From Candidatus Woesearchaeota archaeon (GTDB lineage: Archaea > Nanobdellota > Nanobdellia > SCGC-AAA011-G17 > JACPIM01): a stretch of 64,000 nt of DNA. The stretch is taken from contig JACPIM010000002.1 in assembly GCA_016188045.1 (NCBI GenBank), positions 17,198 to 81,197 of the forward strand, given 5' to 3'. The notes below the pieces were generated by a model. The model saw nothing but the letters and a program-made list of their open reading frames with translations, did not search any database and was not told where the DNA came from. Shown in pieces: positions 47,073-55,774 of this stretch (positions are counted from its first letter, which is position 1; every line of letters begins with the position of its first letter). Position numbers and translations under genes: made by a program.

Positions 47073-47194
47073 AGGGGCGATTTCTAAACTTGCCGTTTAA
47101 GGAAATCCCCTTCTTTATCACCATTTTTAAGTGTAAAATTAACTTTTTATAGTTCTTAGTTGTTGTATTATTAACCTTAGACGGCAATTTAAGG
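47073..47194. other. structured GC-richer spacer: extended hairpin (47073-47112) plus a 13-nt inverted repeat (ttgccgtttaagg at 47090 / ccttagacggcaa at 47175)
   Basis: ggggcgatttc..gaaatcccc stem enclosing a taaac/gttta inner stem. A second arm, ccttagacggcaa, is the reverse complement (12/13) of ttgccgtttaagg 85 nt away. Confidence 0.35.
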
Positions 47195-47283
47195 TAATGT
47201 ATTAATGCTGAAGAATTAACTGCTATTGATTACATAAATATATTCATAGTATGCCTAATTCTGAAGTATTAGCATAGCTATTA

Positions 47284-48354
47284 ATGGAGGATTTAATTAA
47301 AATGGATAGACAAATAAAAGTTGAAATAAAATCAAAAGATGGATTGAGGTATGGGGATTTAGAATATGAAGATTGTATTGAAAAATTCCCAAAACAAATA
47401 ATCACTTCTACAAATGAAGGGCATATAAGGAATTTTGATGAAGACATAGATTTAGATACGAAAGCTTTTCAAGTTTTTCTTAATTTATCCTTAGAAGAGT
47501 TAAATGATAATTTTAATTCCAAATCTAAATTGAATAAGATAAGGATAGCCAAGAATTTCATTAATATACCAAAACGCATAAATTGGATTTTGACTAAAAG
47601 TTTTTTCAATACCCCCAGAGTAAGTATAAAAGATTTGGAAAATTCCTTAAAGTTACAAGAACAGATTGGTTGTAAATTAAAGGCTTTGTATATCCCAAAA
47701 AATATTAAACCTAAATTAGCTATTCCAATCCTAAATGAAAATATAGACTCAGTAATTTATTTAGATATGAATGATTTGCCTACTGAATTTAAAGAATTAT
47801 ATTTACACTATTTGAAAATCGGAATTAAAATTATTTGTTTTATTATTAGACAACCTTCTGAAAAGAATGTTGAAAATTATAATTTTATTGCTGGTAGACC
47901 AGAAGATAATATCTTAAGATTGGCTACTCAGTTAACTAAACGAAGTATTATTGCTCAAGATAAAGCCCTGTCTATCTTTTACTATATATTAGGCTTTGAT
48001 GGTTTTGCTTTTAGGGGTGGTCAAAGACCATCTTATAACACAGCAGTTGAAAATCTGGCGATTTATAGAAGAGGAGCATATAAATTTGAAAGTATAGAGT
48101 CTTTTGATAGTTGTTCCTGTAAATCTCATAAAGGCAGTATCCCTTATGACAAGGCTATCGAATATCACGAACAAAAGAAATCTTCAATACCTTCTTCTTT
48201 ACATGACCATATAGAATTAAATGAAGATTTTGCTGAGATAAGAAGAAAAATTATTGAAGGTGAGATTAAAATAGAGGGATTAAAAGAAAAAATAGATTTT
48301 GATTCAACAATGAAGTTGCTTCTTGAGAGAAAGAGAACGAAGAAAAAGAATTGA
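47284..48354 (+). CDS. hypothetical protein downstream of the RM enzyme
   Basis: 356 aa, charged, no recognisable motifs. Separated from the RM gene by a 328-nt structured GC-richer spacer. Confidence 0.4.
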   Translation: MEDLIKMDRQIKVEIKSKDGLRYGDLEYEDCIEKFPKQIITSTNEGHIRNFDEDIDLDTKAFQVFLNLSLEELNDNFNSKSKLNKIRIAKNFINIPKRINWILTKSFFNTPRVSIKDLENSLKLQEQIGCKLKALYIPKNIKPKLAIPILNENIDSVIYLDMNDLPTEFKELYLHYLKIGIKIICFIIRQPSEKNVENYNFIAGRPEDNILRLATQLTKRSIIAQDKALSIFYYILGFDGFAFRGGQRPSYNTAVENLAIYRRGAYKFESIESFDSCSCKSHKGSIPYDKAIEYHEQKKSSIPSSLHDHIELNEDFAEIRRKIIEGEIKIEGLKEKIDFDSTMKLLLERKRTKKKN

Positions 48355-48564
48355 TTTGAACTGTTGGATATTCCTCTCTCCAAATTTTTTTATTTTTTTC
48401 TGTTCTATGTGGTTACATTCTAAAGGTTTATCTCCTATTTTCCAATTTTTACAACAAGAACACATATGGTTACTATTCCATTCTAAAATGAAATCTAAAA
48501 TTTCCCTTTCTAATTGGTCTTGTTTAAATCTCCATACTGCCTCTAAGTGAATAAAAGAAGTCAT
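48304..48564 (-). CDS. questionable small Cys/His-rich ORF (HNH-like C-x2-C ... C-x-H spacing)
   Basis: 86 aa with HMCSCCKNWKIGDKPLECNH. It overlaps the 3' end of 47284..48354 convergently by 51 nt, so it may be shorter or spurious. Confidence 0.2.
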   Translation of the reverse strand: MTSFIHLEAVWRFKQDQLEREILDFILEWNSNHMCSCCKNWKIGDKPLECNHIEQKKIKKFGERNIQQFKSILFLRSLSLKKQLHC

Positions 48565-48824
48565 CTACGTTTCACCTCTATCTTAACTAATACAAGACTT
48601 CCTTTTTTAATCCCTAAAACTTCACATTCTGGCTTTGGAATATTTATACTAAGACTACTCCCATTATTAGAAATATACTGACTGAAACACCTCTCTTTTT
48701 CTTTCATCTGATTTAATCTGATTTAATCAGATATATAAACATACCGATTCCACTACCGAAACCTTTATATATAAGTTATACTATCTATATTATATAGATA
48801 ATATGAATAAGTGAGGTAATAAAC

Positions 48825-48947
48825 ATGGGAAAATTCATAATAGATTTACCAGAAGAGCTACACGATAAACTACGACATAGAAGCATAGACGAAAAAAAAG
48901 ATATTCAGCAACTCATATTAGAAGCCTTAAAGAAAAATATTAAATAA
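48825..48947 (+). CDS. ribbon-helix-helix (CopG/Arc-like) DNA-binding protein, 40 aa, absent from the supplied ORF table
   Basis: MGKFIIDLPEELHDKLRHRSIDEKKDIQQLILEALKKNIK shows a beta-strand (KFIIDLP) followed by a two-helix pattern typical of RHH antitoxin/repressor proteins. It lies immediately upstream of the transposase. Confidence 0.45.
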   Translation: MGKFIIDLPEELHDKLRHRSIDEKKDIQQLILEALKKNIK

Positions 48948-48954
48948 AAATTAA

Positions 48955-48971
48955 GCGGGGACAAGCCCCGC
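48955..48971 (+). other. GC hairpin gcggggacaagccccgc between the RHH gene and the transposase start
   Basis: Perfect 6-bp GC stem with a 5-nt loop in an otherwise AT-rich region, 12 nt before the AGGAG-ATG of the transposase. Confidence 0.4.
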
Positions 48972-48982
48972 AGGAGTCCAAA

Positions 48983-50185
48983 ATGTCGCAAAACAAAATG
49001 AACAACCTAGAAAATAACAAGGTCTTAAACCTTAAAAAACTATCGCAGGATAGAACAGAAAGGGCTTATGCTATTCTAAGAAATGGCAACCCAGAAATAG
49101 TAAATGAACAGGAATTTTTAGTTCCAGCTTCTAATCCAAAATATAAATATAAAGTTACTCATGTAGATAGCTGGACTTGTGAATGCCCAGATTTTCAAGA
49201 AAGATGTAAAAATAATGGAATGTATTGTAAACATATTAAAGCAATACAGTTTTTCTTAAAACTACAGAATAAAGTAGAAGTTGATGAATTAAATTTTAAC
49301 ATTGAAGAAAGACAAAGTAGAAAGTGTCCTAATTGTAAAAGCAGTAAAATAGTAAGAAATGCCAAAAGAAAAACCAAATCTGGAATTAAACAAAGATATT
49401 TATGCAAAAATTGTAAGAAAAGATTTGTTTTAGAGCCAATTAGATATATTCAAGTTAATGCTAAAATATTATGCTTGATTATGAATGAGTATTTTAAAGG
49501 ACATTCTTTAAGGGATATACAAGACACTTTAGACCAATTCTTTCAAGTTAAATTATCGCCCGAAACTGTTAGAAGGTATATCAGTAAGTTTACTAAGCTA
49601 ATGGATAGCTATGTAAAAACAAAGGCTAATCCTGAAACTTTGAAATTAGGCGGAACTTGGCAATGTGATGAGCAGACAATTAAAGTAGGAAAAGAACTAT
49701 TATGGGATTGGAATGCGATTGATACTGAAACTAAGTATCTTTTAGCTAACAATATAACTAAGTCAAGGTATTATGAAGATATGGTTAAGATAGCAAGTAA
49801 ATCCAAAGAAGAAGGCGGTAGACCTGATGAATTTAGAACTGATGGATTACAAGGCTATAATAATGCAGTAAAAGAAGCTTTTGAATTAGATAAATTACAA
49901 TTTCCCTATACTGTCCATATTAAATCTAAAGGCTTTAGGAATGAAATTAATACTAATTTAATTGAGAGATACCACTCTGAATTTAGGGAGTTTGATAAAA
50001 TAAGAAGAGGGTTTGGTAATATGGATACAGCACAAGGTTGGAATGATGGCTATAGATTATTTCATAATGTAATTAGAAAGAATATGGCTTTGAATGGCTT
50101 AACTCCTCTAGAGATGGCTAAGGTTGATTTAGAACTCGGTAGGAATAGATGGTATGGGCTATTATTGAAAAGTTTAAATTGCTAA
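48983..50185 (+). mobile_element. IS6-family DDE transposase with N-terminal SWIM-type zinc finger and zinc ribbon (IS boundaries not resolved)
   Basis: The catalytic core aligns with IS26-type Tnp: WQCDEQTIKV (D), WNAIDTETK (D), FRTDGLQGYNNA, NLIERYHSEFRE (E). N-terminal CECPDF..CKHIKA and CPNCKS..CKNCKK zinc fingers occur in archaeal IS6 members. Confidence 0.8.
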
Positions 50186-50193
50186 AAATTTTT

Positions 50194-50475
50194 TTATTCT
50201 TTTAGTTTGTTAAGTTTTATTTCTAATTCTTTAAATTTGGAATCAAAAACTAATTTCATTATAAACACTAAAATTATGAATACCATTACTGCTTCAAATT
50301 TTATAAGCAATACTAAGTCTGCATCTATGGTATTAGATAAATCTGTGAATAGAAATGTAATTATGATAGTGGCTAAAATTATATGCAGGATATTTGAGGA
50401 GTTTATTAATTTTTGATGCTGTAAGTCATATATATTTTTTTCTAGTGTTTTTAATTCCATTTTATGAGTATACAT
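50194..50475 (-). CDS. hypothetical membrane protein
   Basis: 93 aa with 2 TM helices and a C-terminal coiled-coil-like tail. Confidence 0.3.
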   Translation of the reverse strand: MYTHKMELKTLEKNIYDLQHQKLINSSNILHIILATIIITFLFTDLSNTIDADLVLLIKFEAVMVFIILVFIMKLVFDSKFKELEIKLNKLKE

Positions 50476-50656
50476 CTATAAAATAAATTAGGGCGATAAT
50501 AAAAAATACCCCCCCGAGAATAGTGCTACCTATAGTGTAACCACCGAATTTTACAGAAAAGGGTGCTGATACCATAACTATTAATAGACTTATAATTATA
50601 GTGAATATAGAGAATGTTCTTTGATTATCCCTTCTACTAAATGGACTCAAAACCAT
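50462..50656 (-). CDS. hypothetical small membrane protein
   Basis: 64 aa with 2 TM helices. Overlaps the downstream gene by 14 nt. Confidence 0.3.
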   Translation of the reverse strand: MVLSPFSRRDNQRTFSIFTIIISLLIVMVSAPFSVKFGGYTIGSTILGGVFFIIALIYFIDVYS

Positions 50657-50797
50657 ATATAAGACTAGATTTATCTTATTTAAATAATTGATGTTTTACT
50701 AGTGGTAGTAAATAAATCACCCGAATTGGACAGAAAGGGGAAATAATAAAAAATGACCCGACTTTGAGACAATACCTTTATAATATATATTTTTAAA

Positions 50798-51526
50798 ATG
50801 ACATATTTAGAAGAGCAAGTAAGAGAAGCCCTTGCTTGCAAAATAGCTAATGAGTTATTTGCATATATAATTGGAGATAAAGAATGTCAAGCCAAGATAA
50901 CTCAAGCTATTAGACAAGCCACAGATTACGTTACTGAAACATATCTAAGTAGGGTCGAGAAAAAGATTAAGCCAATTAAAAAGTTTTTATTTCTATCAGA
51001 ATATGAAAATGAACTCAAACAAGGATTTTATAGGGAATTAATTCAAAGAGCATTATTACAATCAATGAATCTACTAATTTCATCTGAGGAGTTATCTGCC
51101 AGGTTAAACCGCTTTAAAAGAGACGAACCGATCCCAATTGGAGGTGGGGAATATATTCCACATGATAAACATGAAGTTAAAACAAAAAAAGAACTAATAA
51201 GGATATGCGAAGAGTTAAGTGAAGTAGGAAAAACAAATGATGAGATAATAAGAAGATTAGTAGACAGGACAAAAGTAGTAGGACTAGAAAGAGCCCTCCA
51301 AGAAGAAAAAGCCGCTATAAGAGAGATATTCCCCATATCAGACCAATATAAGGCATTTGTAACAGCACTGTGGAAAACCATACCAAATATAGGAAAAATT
51401 CCAACAGGCAAAAAACCCATGGGAAAAATGTTGGATCAATTAATGATTAAATTATTTGATGAGAGTAAAGACGGTTTCTTAGATCAAAGAGTTAAGCAAA
51501 TTTACAGAGACTACAACAAAAGATAA
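50798..51526 (+). CDS. hypothetical protein
   Basis: 242 aa, charged and helical. No recognisable motif. Confidence 0.4.
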   Translation: MTYLEEQVREALACKIANELFAYIIGDKECQAKITQAIRQATDYVTETYLSRVEKKIKPIKKFLFLSEYENELKQGFYRELIQRALLQSMNLLISSEELSARLNRFKRDEPIPIGGGEYIPHDKHEVKTKKELIRICEELSEVGKTNDEIIRRLVDRTKVVGLERALQEEKAAIREIFPISDQYKAFVTALWKTIPNIGKIPTGKKPMGKMLDQLMIKLFDESKDGFLDQRVKQIYRDYNKR

Positions 51527-51533
51527 AATAAAA

Positions 51534-51851
51534 TTAAGCCCCCTCTTGAATATATTTTTTTCCAGTTTCTAAACAGTTCTTAGCATTAGCTAATTCTCTT
51601 CCTAAATATGCAGAATGATCCAATCTGGTAATCCATTTATCTTCTATTATTCTTTTGGCTAGAGCAACAGAATCTTTGCTTCTATATGCTTTAATCAGTT
51701 CATATTTATAATTGCAAATACCAACTTCAATTTTTTTGTTTCTTAGTCTAATCAAAAGAAAACACTTTTTATCAATAACTACATGTTTTTTAAATTCTCT
51801 AACTTCTACAAATTTCAATTTTTTTGGTTTTTTTATTGGGTGCAATTTCAT
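51534..51851 (-). CDS. hypothetical protein
   Basis: 105 aa, basic. No recognisable motif. Confidence 0.3.
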   Translation of the reverse strand: MKLHPIKKPKKLKFVEVREFKKHVVIDKKCFLLIRLRNKKIEVGICNYKYELIKAYRSKDSVALAKRIIEDKWITRLDHSAYLGRELANAKNCLETGKKYIQEGA

Positions 51852-51905
51852 AAATCATAAACTCATGCGTTAAACTTATAAACTTTATCATTAAATGATT
51901 TCGCA

Positions 51906-52892
51906 ATGGAAAAAGACCCAAGAGTAACAATAGTTATTCCAGTATATAATGAAGAAGAATTAGTTTCCAATGCAATTCAATCTTTATTAAATCAAACTTA
52001 CAAAGATATAGAAATTATAATAATAGATGACGGTTCAACAGACAAAACAGTAGAAAAAGTAAAACAATTCCCTTCTGTAAGACTAATACAAAAAGAACAC
52101 GGTGGCACCGGAAAAGCATGGAATATGGGTGCTGAATTAGCAACAGGCAAAATAATGGTTTTATTTGCAGGAGACATGCAAGCCCCTAAAGACTATATTG
52201 AAAAGTTAGTAAGGCCAATTATAAAAGGAGAAGCAAAAGGCACATTGCACGATATGGAATATATATTAAATGCAGATAATATATGGGCAAGATGCTGGGC
52301 TGCTCGTTGGGGTAAACGTGATGGCAAATATGTTTCATTTATTTCTGGCACCCCATCAGGTTGGACTCCTAATTTTGAAGCGATTTTAATTGATGAATAC
52401 CTAAAACGTGGCGGCATGGATCCAAAAAGAGGATATGCTGACGACCAGTCAATAGGAGAAAGAAATTTTGTAAAATTTAAAATAGTCTATGATTGTTTCT
52501 TGCACCATAATTATCCATCTTCTTTAAAAGAAACTTTTTTTCAAGCAAGATGGATTGGTAGCTCAATGAAATTAAAAAACATGTGGAAAAAATTAGTTTT
52601 AGGTTTAGCTGGCACATTCTTATATTTTACATTAACCATTAATCCATTTCTACAAGTTACAGGCAGTGTAATAGGCCCTACAGCAAAGATAAGTTCTATA
52701 TCTTTCACAAATTCCATTTTAATATTATTAGGAATAGTAATCTTAGCAATTTTACTTAATTCATTAAGAGTAGCAATCAAAGTTAAAGATCAAAAATTGT
52801 TCTTGCCTTATAATTTATTTTTCATTACAAAAATTACCGGTAATATAATAGGTTATTTTAGAAAATTAATATTTAAAAAATATGCAAGATAG
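51906..52892 (+). CDS. GT2 glycosyltransferase with C-terminal TM helices
   Basis: VTIVIPVYNEEELV and IIDDGSTDKT motifs. C-terminal 3 TM helices. Confidence 0.8.
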   Translation: MEKDPRVTIVIPVYNEEELVSNAIQSLLNQTYKDIEIIIIDDGSTDKTVEKVKQFPSVRLIQKEHGGTGKAWNMGAELATGKIMVLFAGDMQAPKDYIEKLVRPIIKGEAKGTLHDMEYILNADNIWARCWAARWGKRDGKYVSFISGTPSGWTPNFEAILIDEYLKRGGMDPKRGYADDQSIGERNFVKFKIVYDCFLHHNYPSSLKETFFQARWIGSSMKLKNMWKKLVLGLAGTFLYFTLTINPFLQVTGSVIGPTAKISSISFTNSILILLGIVILAILLNSLRVAIKVKDQKLFLPYNLFFITKITGNIIGYFRKLIFKKYAR

Positions 52893-53415
52893 AGAGAAAA
52901 TAGTTAATACAGAAACTAAAAAAGGAAGATTGCATAGATGGTTAACTAAAACACCGGGCCAAAGAAAAATAAAAAGTTGGTTAGTAGATAGTGTAGCTAT
53001 AAATCTTTTTTACACACCAACATTAGCATTTAATGAGTTAGTTATTGCTGGAATGGGTTCTTATGAAACCTTAAAAGCAAGATCAATTAGTATCCCATTA
53101 GGATTTTTATTAGGGAGACCATTTGGAAGATTTAGAGAATTTTATGCAAAGCACATATTTAAAGCAGATGAAAACAGCAGCAAAACAAGAAAATTTTTAG
53201 TAGATACAACCGCTAGTCTGGTTTTTAATGCTCCAGTCTACGCTTCTATACTAACTGTCTCTGGTGCCTCATTAAGAGAGATTGCAATCGGGCTTCCTTC
53301 TTATGCCATCCTTAATACCGTCTTAGCAAGGCCTTATGGTTGGTTCTTAGACCAGTTTAGAAAGCCATTCGGAATAAAACCAACACTAGATAAAATCTAC
53401 CATCACAACAAATAG
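52882..53415 (+). CDS. AlaE-like (DUF1144) putative small-molecule exporter
   Basis: VDTTASLVFNAPVYASILTVSGASL...ARPYGWFLDQFRKPFG aligns with the E. coli L-alanine exporter AlaE pattern F.sPVY.aIL.V.GA ... YG.FLD..R..F. Confidence 0.5.
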   Translation: MQDREKIVNTETKKGRLHRWLTKTPGQRKIKSWLVDSVAINLFYTPTLAFNELVIAGMGSYETLKARSISIPLGFLLGRPFGRFREFYAKHIFKADENSSKTRKFLVDTTASLVFNAPVYASILTVSGASLREIAIGLPSYAILNTVLARPYGWFLDQFRKPFGIKPTLDKIYHHNK

Positions 53416-53459
53416 AAATCTTTATTAATATTATATTTACCAAACTTCTGGGGTATGGT

Positions 53460-54479
53460 ATGAAATTTGCAGTTATAGGTTGCGGAAGCTGGGGAAGAAA
53501 TTATGTTCGAGTTTTAAATGAATTAGAAAATTCTAATCTGCTTTATGTTTGTGATAAAGATGAGTCAAAACTAAAAGAGGTTTCAAGGGTTTTTAAAGTT
53601 AGGACTACAACAAAACTTAATGAGGTTTTAGAAGATAATGAAGTCCAGGCAGTTATAATAGCAACAGACGTAAAAAGTCATTTCCCAATTGCAAAAGAAT
53701 GCTTGGCTCACGATAAGCATGTTTTAATGGAAAAACCACTAACAGACTCTGTAAAAACTTCAGAAGAATTAGTTAAACTAGCAAAAGAAAAAGATAAAAT
53801 ATTGATGGTTGGGCATACTTTTATTTATAATCATGCAATCAGAAAATTAAAAGAATACATTAACAATAAAGATATAGGAGAATTGCTTTATTTAACAGCA
53901 AAAAGAAATAATCTAGGCCCGATTAGGACCGATGTAAACGCATTATATGATCTAGCAACACACGATATTTCTATATTTCTTTATTTAGTAGGTTCCTTGC
54001 CAAAATACCTGATTGCAAATGGTGGTTCATTTTTGCAAAAAGAAAAAGACATAGAAGATTTTGTTAATTTATTTTTAGAATTTGAAAATGGAATTAAAGC
54101 AACAATAGAAGCTTCCTGGCTAAGTCCAAAAAAAGTTCGTGAATTAACTTTGGTTGGAAGCAAAAAAATGGTTGTATTTGATGACATAGCTCCAGATAAA
54201 ATAACAATTTTCTCAAAAGGAGCAGAAGCCGCCAAAACAGTGGATTATTCTAATTTAGAATTAAAAGATTACCATATAACCTTGATGGACGGAGATATAT
54301 TGTTGCCAAAAATTAAAATTCCAGAGCCATTAAAAGAGCAGGTAATGCATTTTATTGAAAGTGTAAAATCAAATAAAGAGCCAATAACTAATGGTGAAAA
54401 GGCTATAGATGTTTTAAAAGTTTTGGAAGCAGCTCAAAAATCATTAAAAAATAATGGAGAAAAAGTAGAAATTACTTGA
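53460..54479 (+). CDS. Gfo/Idh/MocA family NAD(P)-dependent oxidoreductase
   Basis: MKFAVIGCGSWGRNY Rossmann N-terminus and an EKPL motif (MEKPLTDS). Confidence 0.8.
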   Translation: MKFAVIGCGSWGRNYVRVLNELENSNLLYVCDKDESKLKEVSRVFKVRTTTKLNEVLEDNEVQAVIIATDVKSHFPIAKECLAHDKHVLMEKPLTDSVKTSEELVKLAKEKDKILMVGHTFIYNHAIRKLKEYINNKDIGELLYLTAKRNNLGPIRTDVNALYDLATHDISIFLYLVGSLPKYLIANGGSFLQKEKDIEDFVNLFLEFENGIKATIEASWLSPKKVRELTLVGSKKMVVFDDIAPDKITIFSKGAEAAKTVDYSNLELKDYHITLMDGDILLPKIKIPEPLKEQVMHFIESVKSNKEPITNGEKAIDVLKVLEAAQKSLKNNGEKVEIT

Positions 54480-54529
54480 GTCCAAAAGAGTAGAAAAGTT
54501 TATATAGTATAATTATACTGTTTATACAT

Positions 54530-54754
54530 ATGATAGAAATAAAATCTAAACTAAGAAGATGGGGTAATTCATTTGGTATAGTAGTACCACAAAGCGCTTT
54601 AAAAGAAGATACCAGAATACGAGAAAATGAAGAAGTAGTTGTTATGATAATTAAAAACAAACCAAATCTAAGGAAATTTTTTGGTGCTCATAAATTTAAA
54701 AAGCCAGTAGAGCAAATGATGAGAGAGATTGATAAGGAATTATATAATGAATGA
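54530..54754 (+). CDS. AbrB/MazE-family (SpoVT-AbrB fold) antitoxin, VapB-like
   Basis: KLRRWGNSFGIVVPQS is the swapped-hairpin motif of AbrB/MazE antitoxins. 74 aa, upstream of and overlapping the PIN gene. Confidence 0.65.
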   Translation: MIEIKSKLRRWGNSFGIVVPQSALKEDTRIRENEEVVVMIIKNKPNLRKFFGAHKFKKPVEQMMREIDKELYNE

Positions 54755-55115
54755 AGATACTTTCCTTTATGATACTTATGCCCTAATAGAGATTTTAAAT
54801 AAGAATATAAACTATGAAAAATTTACAGAAACAGGTTTAGTTATTAATGATTTTATCTTCGCCGAACTTTGTTTTAAATTGTTTCGAGAAGGAGTTAATG
54901 TAAATGAATATATTGCAGAAGTTTCACCAGCAATTATCCATGCCACTCCTAAAATTATTATAAGAGCAATGTTATTTATAATAGATAATAAAGACAAAAA
55001 TCTATCTATGACAGATTGTATTTCTTATATCCAATCAAAAGAACTAGGAATCAAATTTCTAACAGGGGATAAACAATTTGAAAATTTAGAAAACGTTGAG
55101 TTTGTAAAAAAATAG
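54747..55115 (+). CDS. PIN-domain ribonuclease toxin, VapC-like
   Basis: N-terminal FLYDTYALIEIL (first catalytic Asp) and C-terminal FLTGDKQF. Start taken at MNEDTF rather than the table start at 54729. Confidence 0.6.
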   Translation: MNEDTFLYDTYALIEILNKNINYEKFTETGLVINDFIFAELCFKLFREGVNVNEYIAEVSPAIIHATPKIIIRAMLFIIDNKDKNLSMTDCISYIQSKELGIKFLTGDKQFENLENVEFVKK

Positions 55116-55143
55116 AAATAAAATAAAAAAAGAAATTAGTCGG

Positions 55144-55773
55144 CTATTTAGTTGCCTTTGGTTTTGGATAACCAGCATATACAAACTCATCCAATAATGC
55201 GAGCTTGTCTGATGGTACCATTACTAAAGAATTGCCGCTGTCTGCAGGAAGCCATATAGGGCTTCTTGAACCCTCTTCAAATCTAATTTTTTTTGAGACA
55301 TCTGAGCTAATATCGGCCACCCAGAGATGATACTCATCCTCACCACTTAACCAATCCTTATATGTAAGTTTTTTACCTCTCCACTTACCTGCTGCTTCTT
55401 CTGGAATTAATTCATCCAACTTAAAACCCAAAAACGCAGGCAGATTTCCGTGATAAGCTTCATTTATTCTTCCAAAAACATCATCAAGCTGTTTACTGAA
55501 ATCATAAAGTCTATAGTCTAGTCTGCTAGGTAAGGTAAATCTATCCAACTTTTCACTACCCTCTCTTTCAAGTCCTAACTCTTCCTCAACTTCTCTTTCA
55601 AGTCCTTCCACAGGCGTTTTATCGGTTTCTTCAATTCCACCACCCACTAAAGAACAAGCACCAGGAAATAAAAAAGGATACTTTCCAGGCTCAAATTTCG
55701 GTACAAAAACATCCCTTCTTTGTACTAAATATAATCCATCTTCATTTCTTATAATGAGGTTAACAGTTCTCAT
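55144..55773 (-). CDS. Nudix hydrolase
   Basis: GGGIEETDKTPVEGLEREVEEELGL matches the Nudix box G-x5-E-x7-REUxEExGU. Confidence 0.7.
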   Translation of the reverse strand: MRTVNLIIRNEDGLYLVQRRDVFVPKFEPGKYPFLFPGACSLVGGGIEETDKTPVEGLEREVEEELGLEREGSEKLDRFTLPSRLDYRLYDFSKQLDDVFGRINEAYHGNLPAFLGFKLDELIPEEAAGKWRGKKLTYKDWLSGEDEYHLWVADISSDVSKKIRFEEGSRSPIWLPADSGNSLVMVPSDKLALLDEFVYAGYPKPKATK

Positions 55774-55774
55774 T

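Noticed and set aside
48304-48564. 86-aa minus-strand ORF (and overlapping plus-strand 48323..48550 ORF) as an HNH nuclease
   Set aside because: The Cys/His spacing is suggestive, but the ORF overlaps the 3' end of 47284..48354 by about 50 nt antisense and has no supporting motif beyond C-x2-C/C-x-H. It is kept only as a low-confidence feature.
50194-51851. Genes between the IS and the GT2 gene (two small membrane proteins, 242-aa and 105-aa unknowns) as IS cargo or a defence system
   Set aside because: No recognisable domains and no defined IS ends. They are listed as hypothetical, without a system-level claim.
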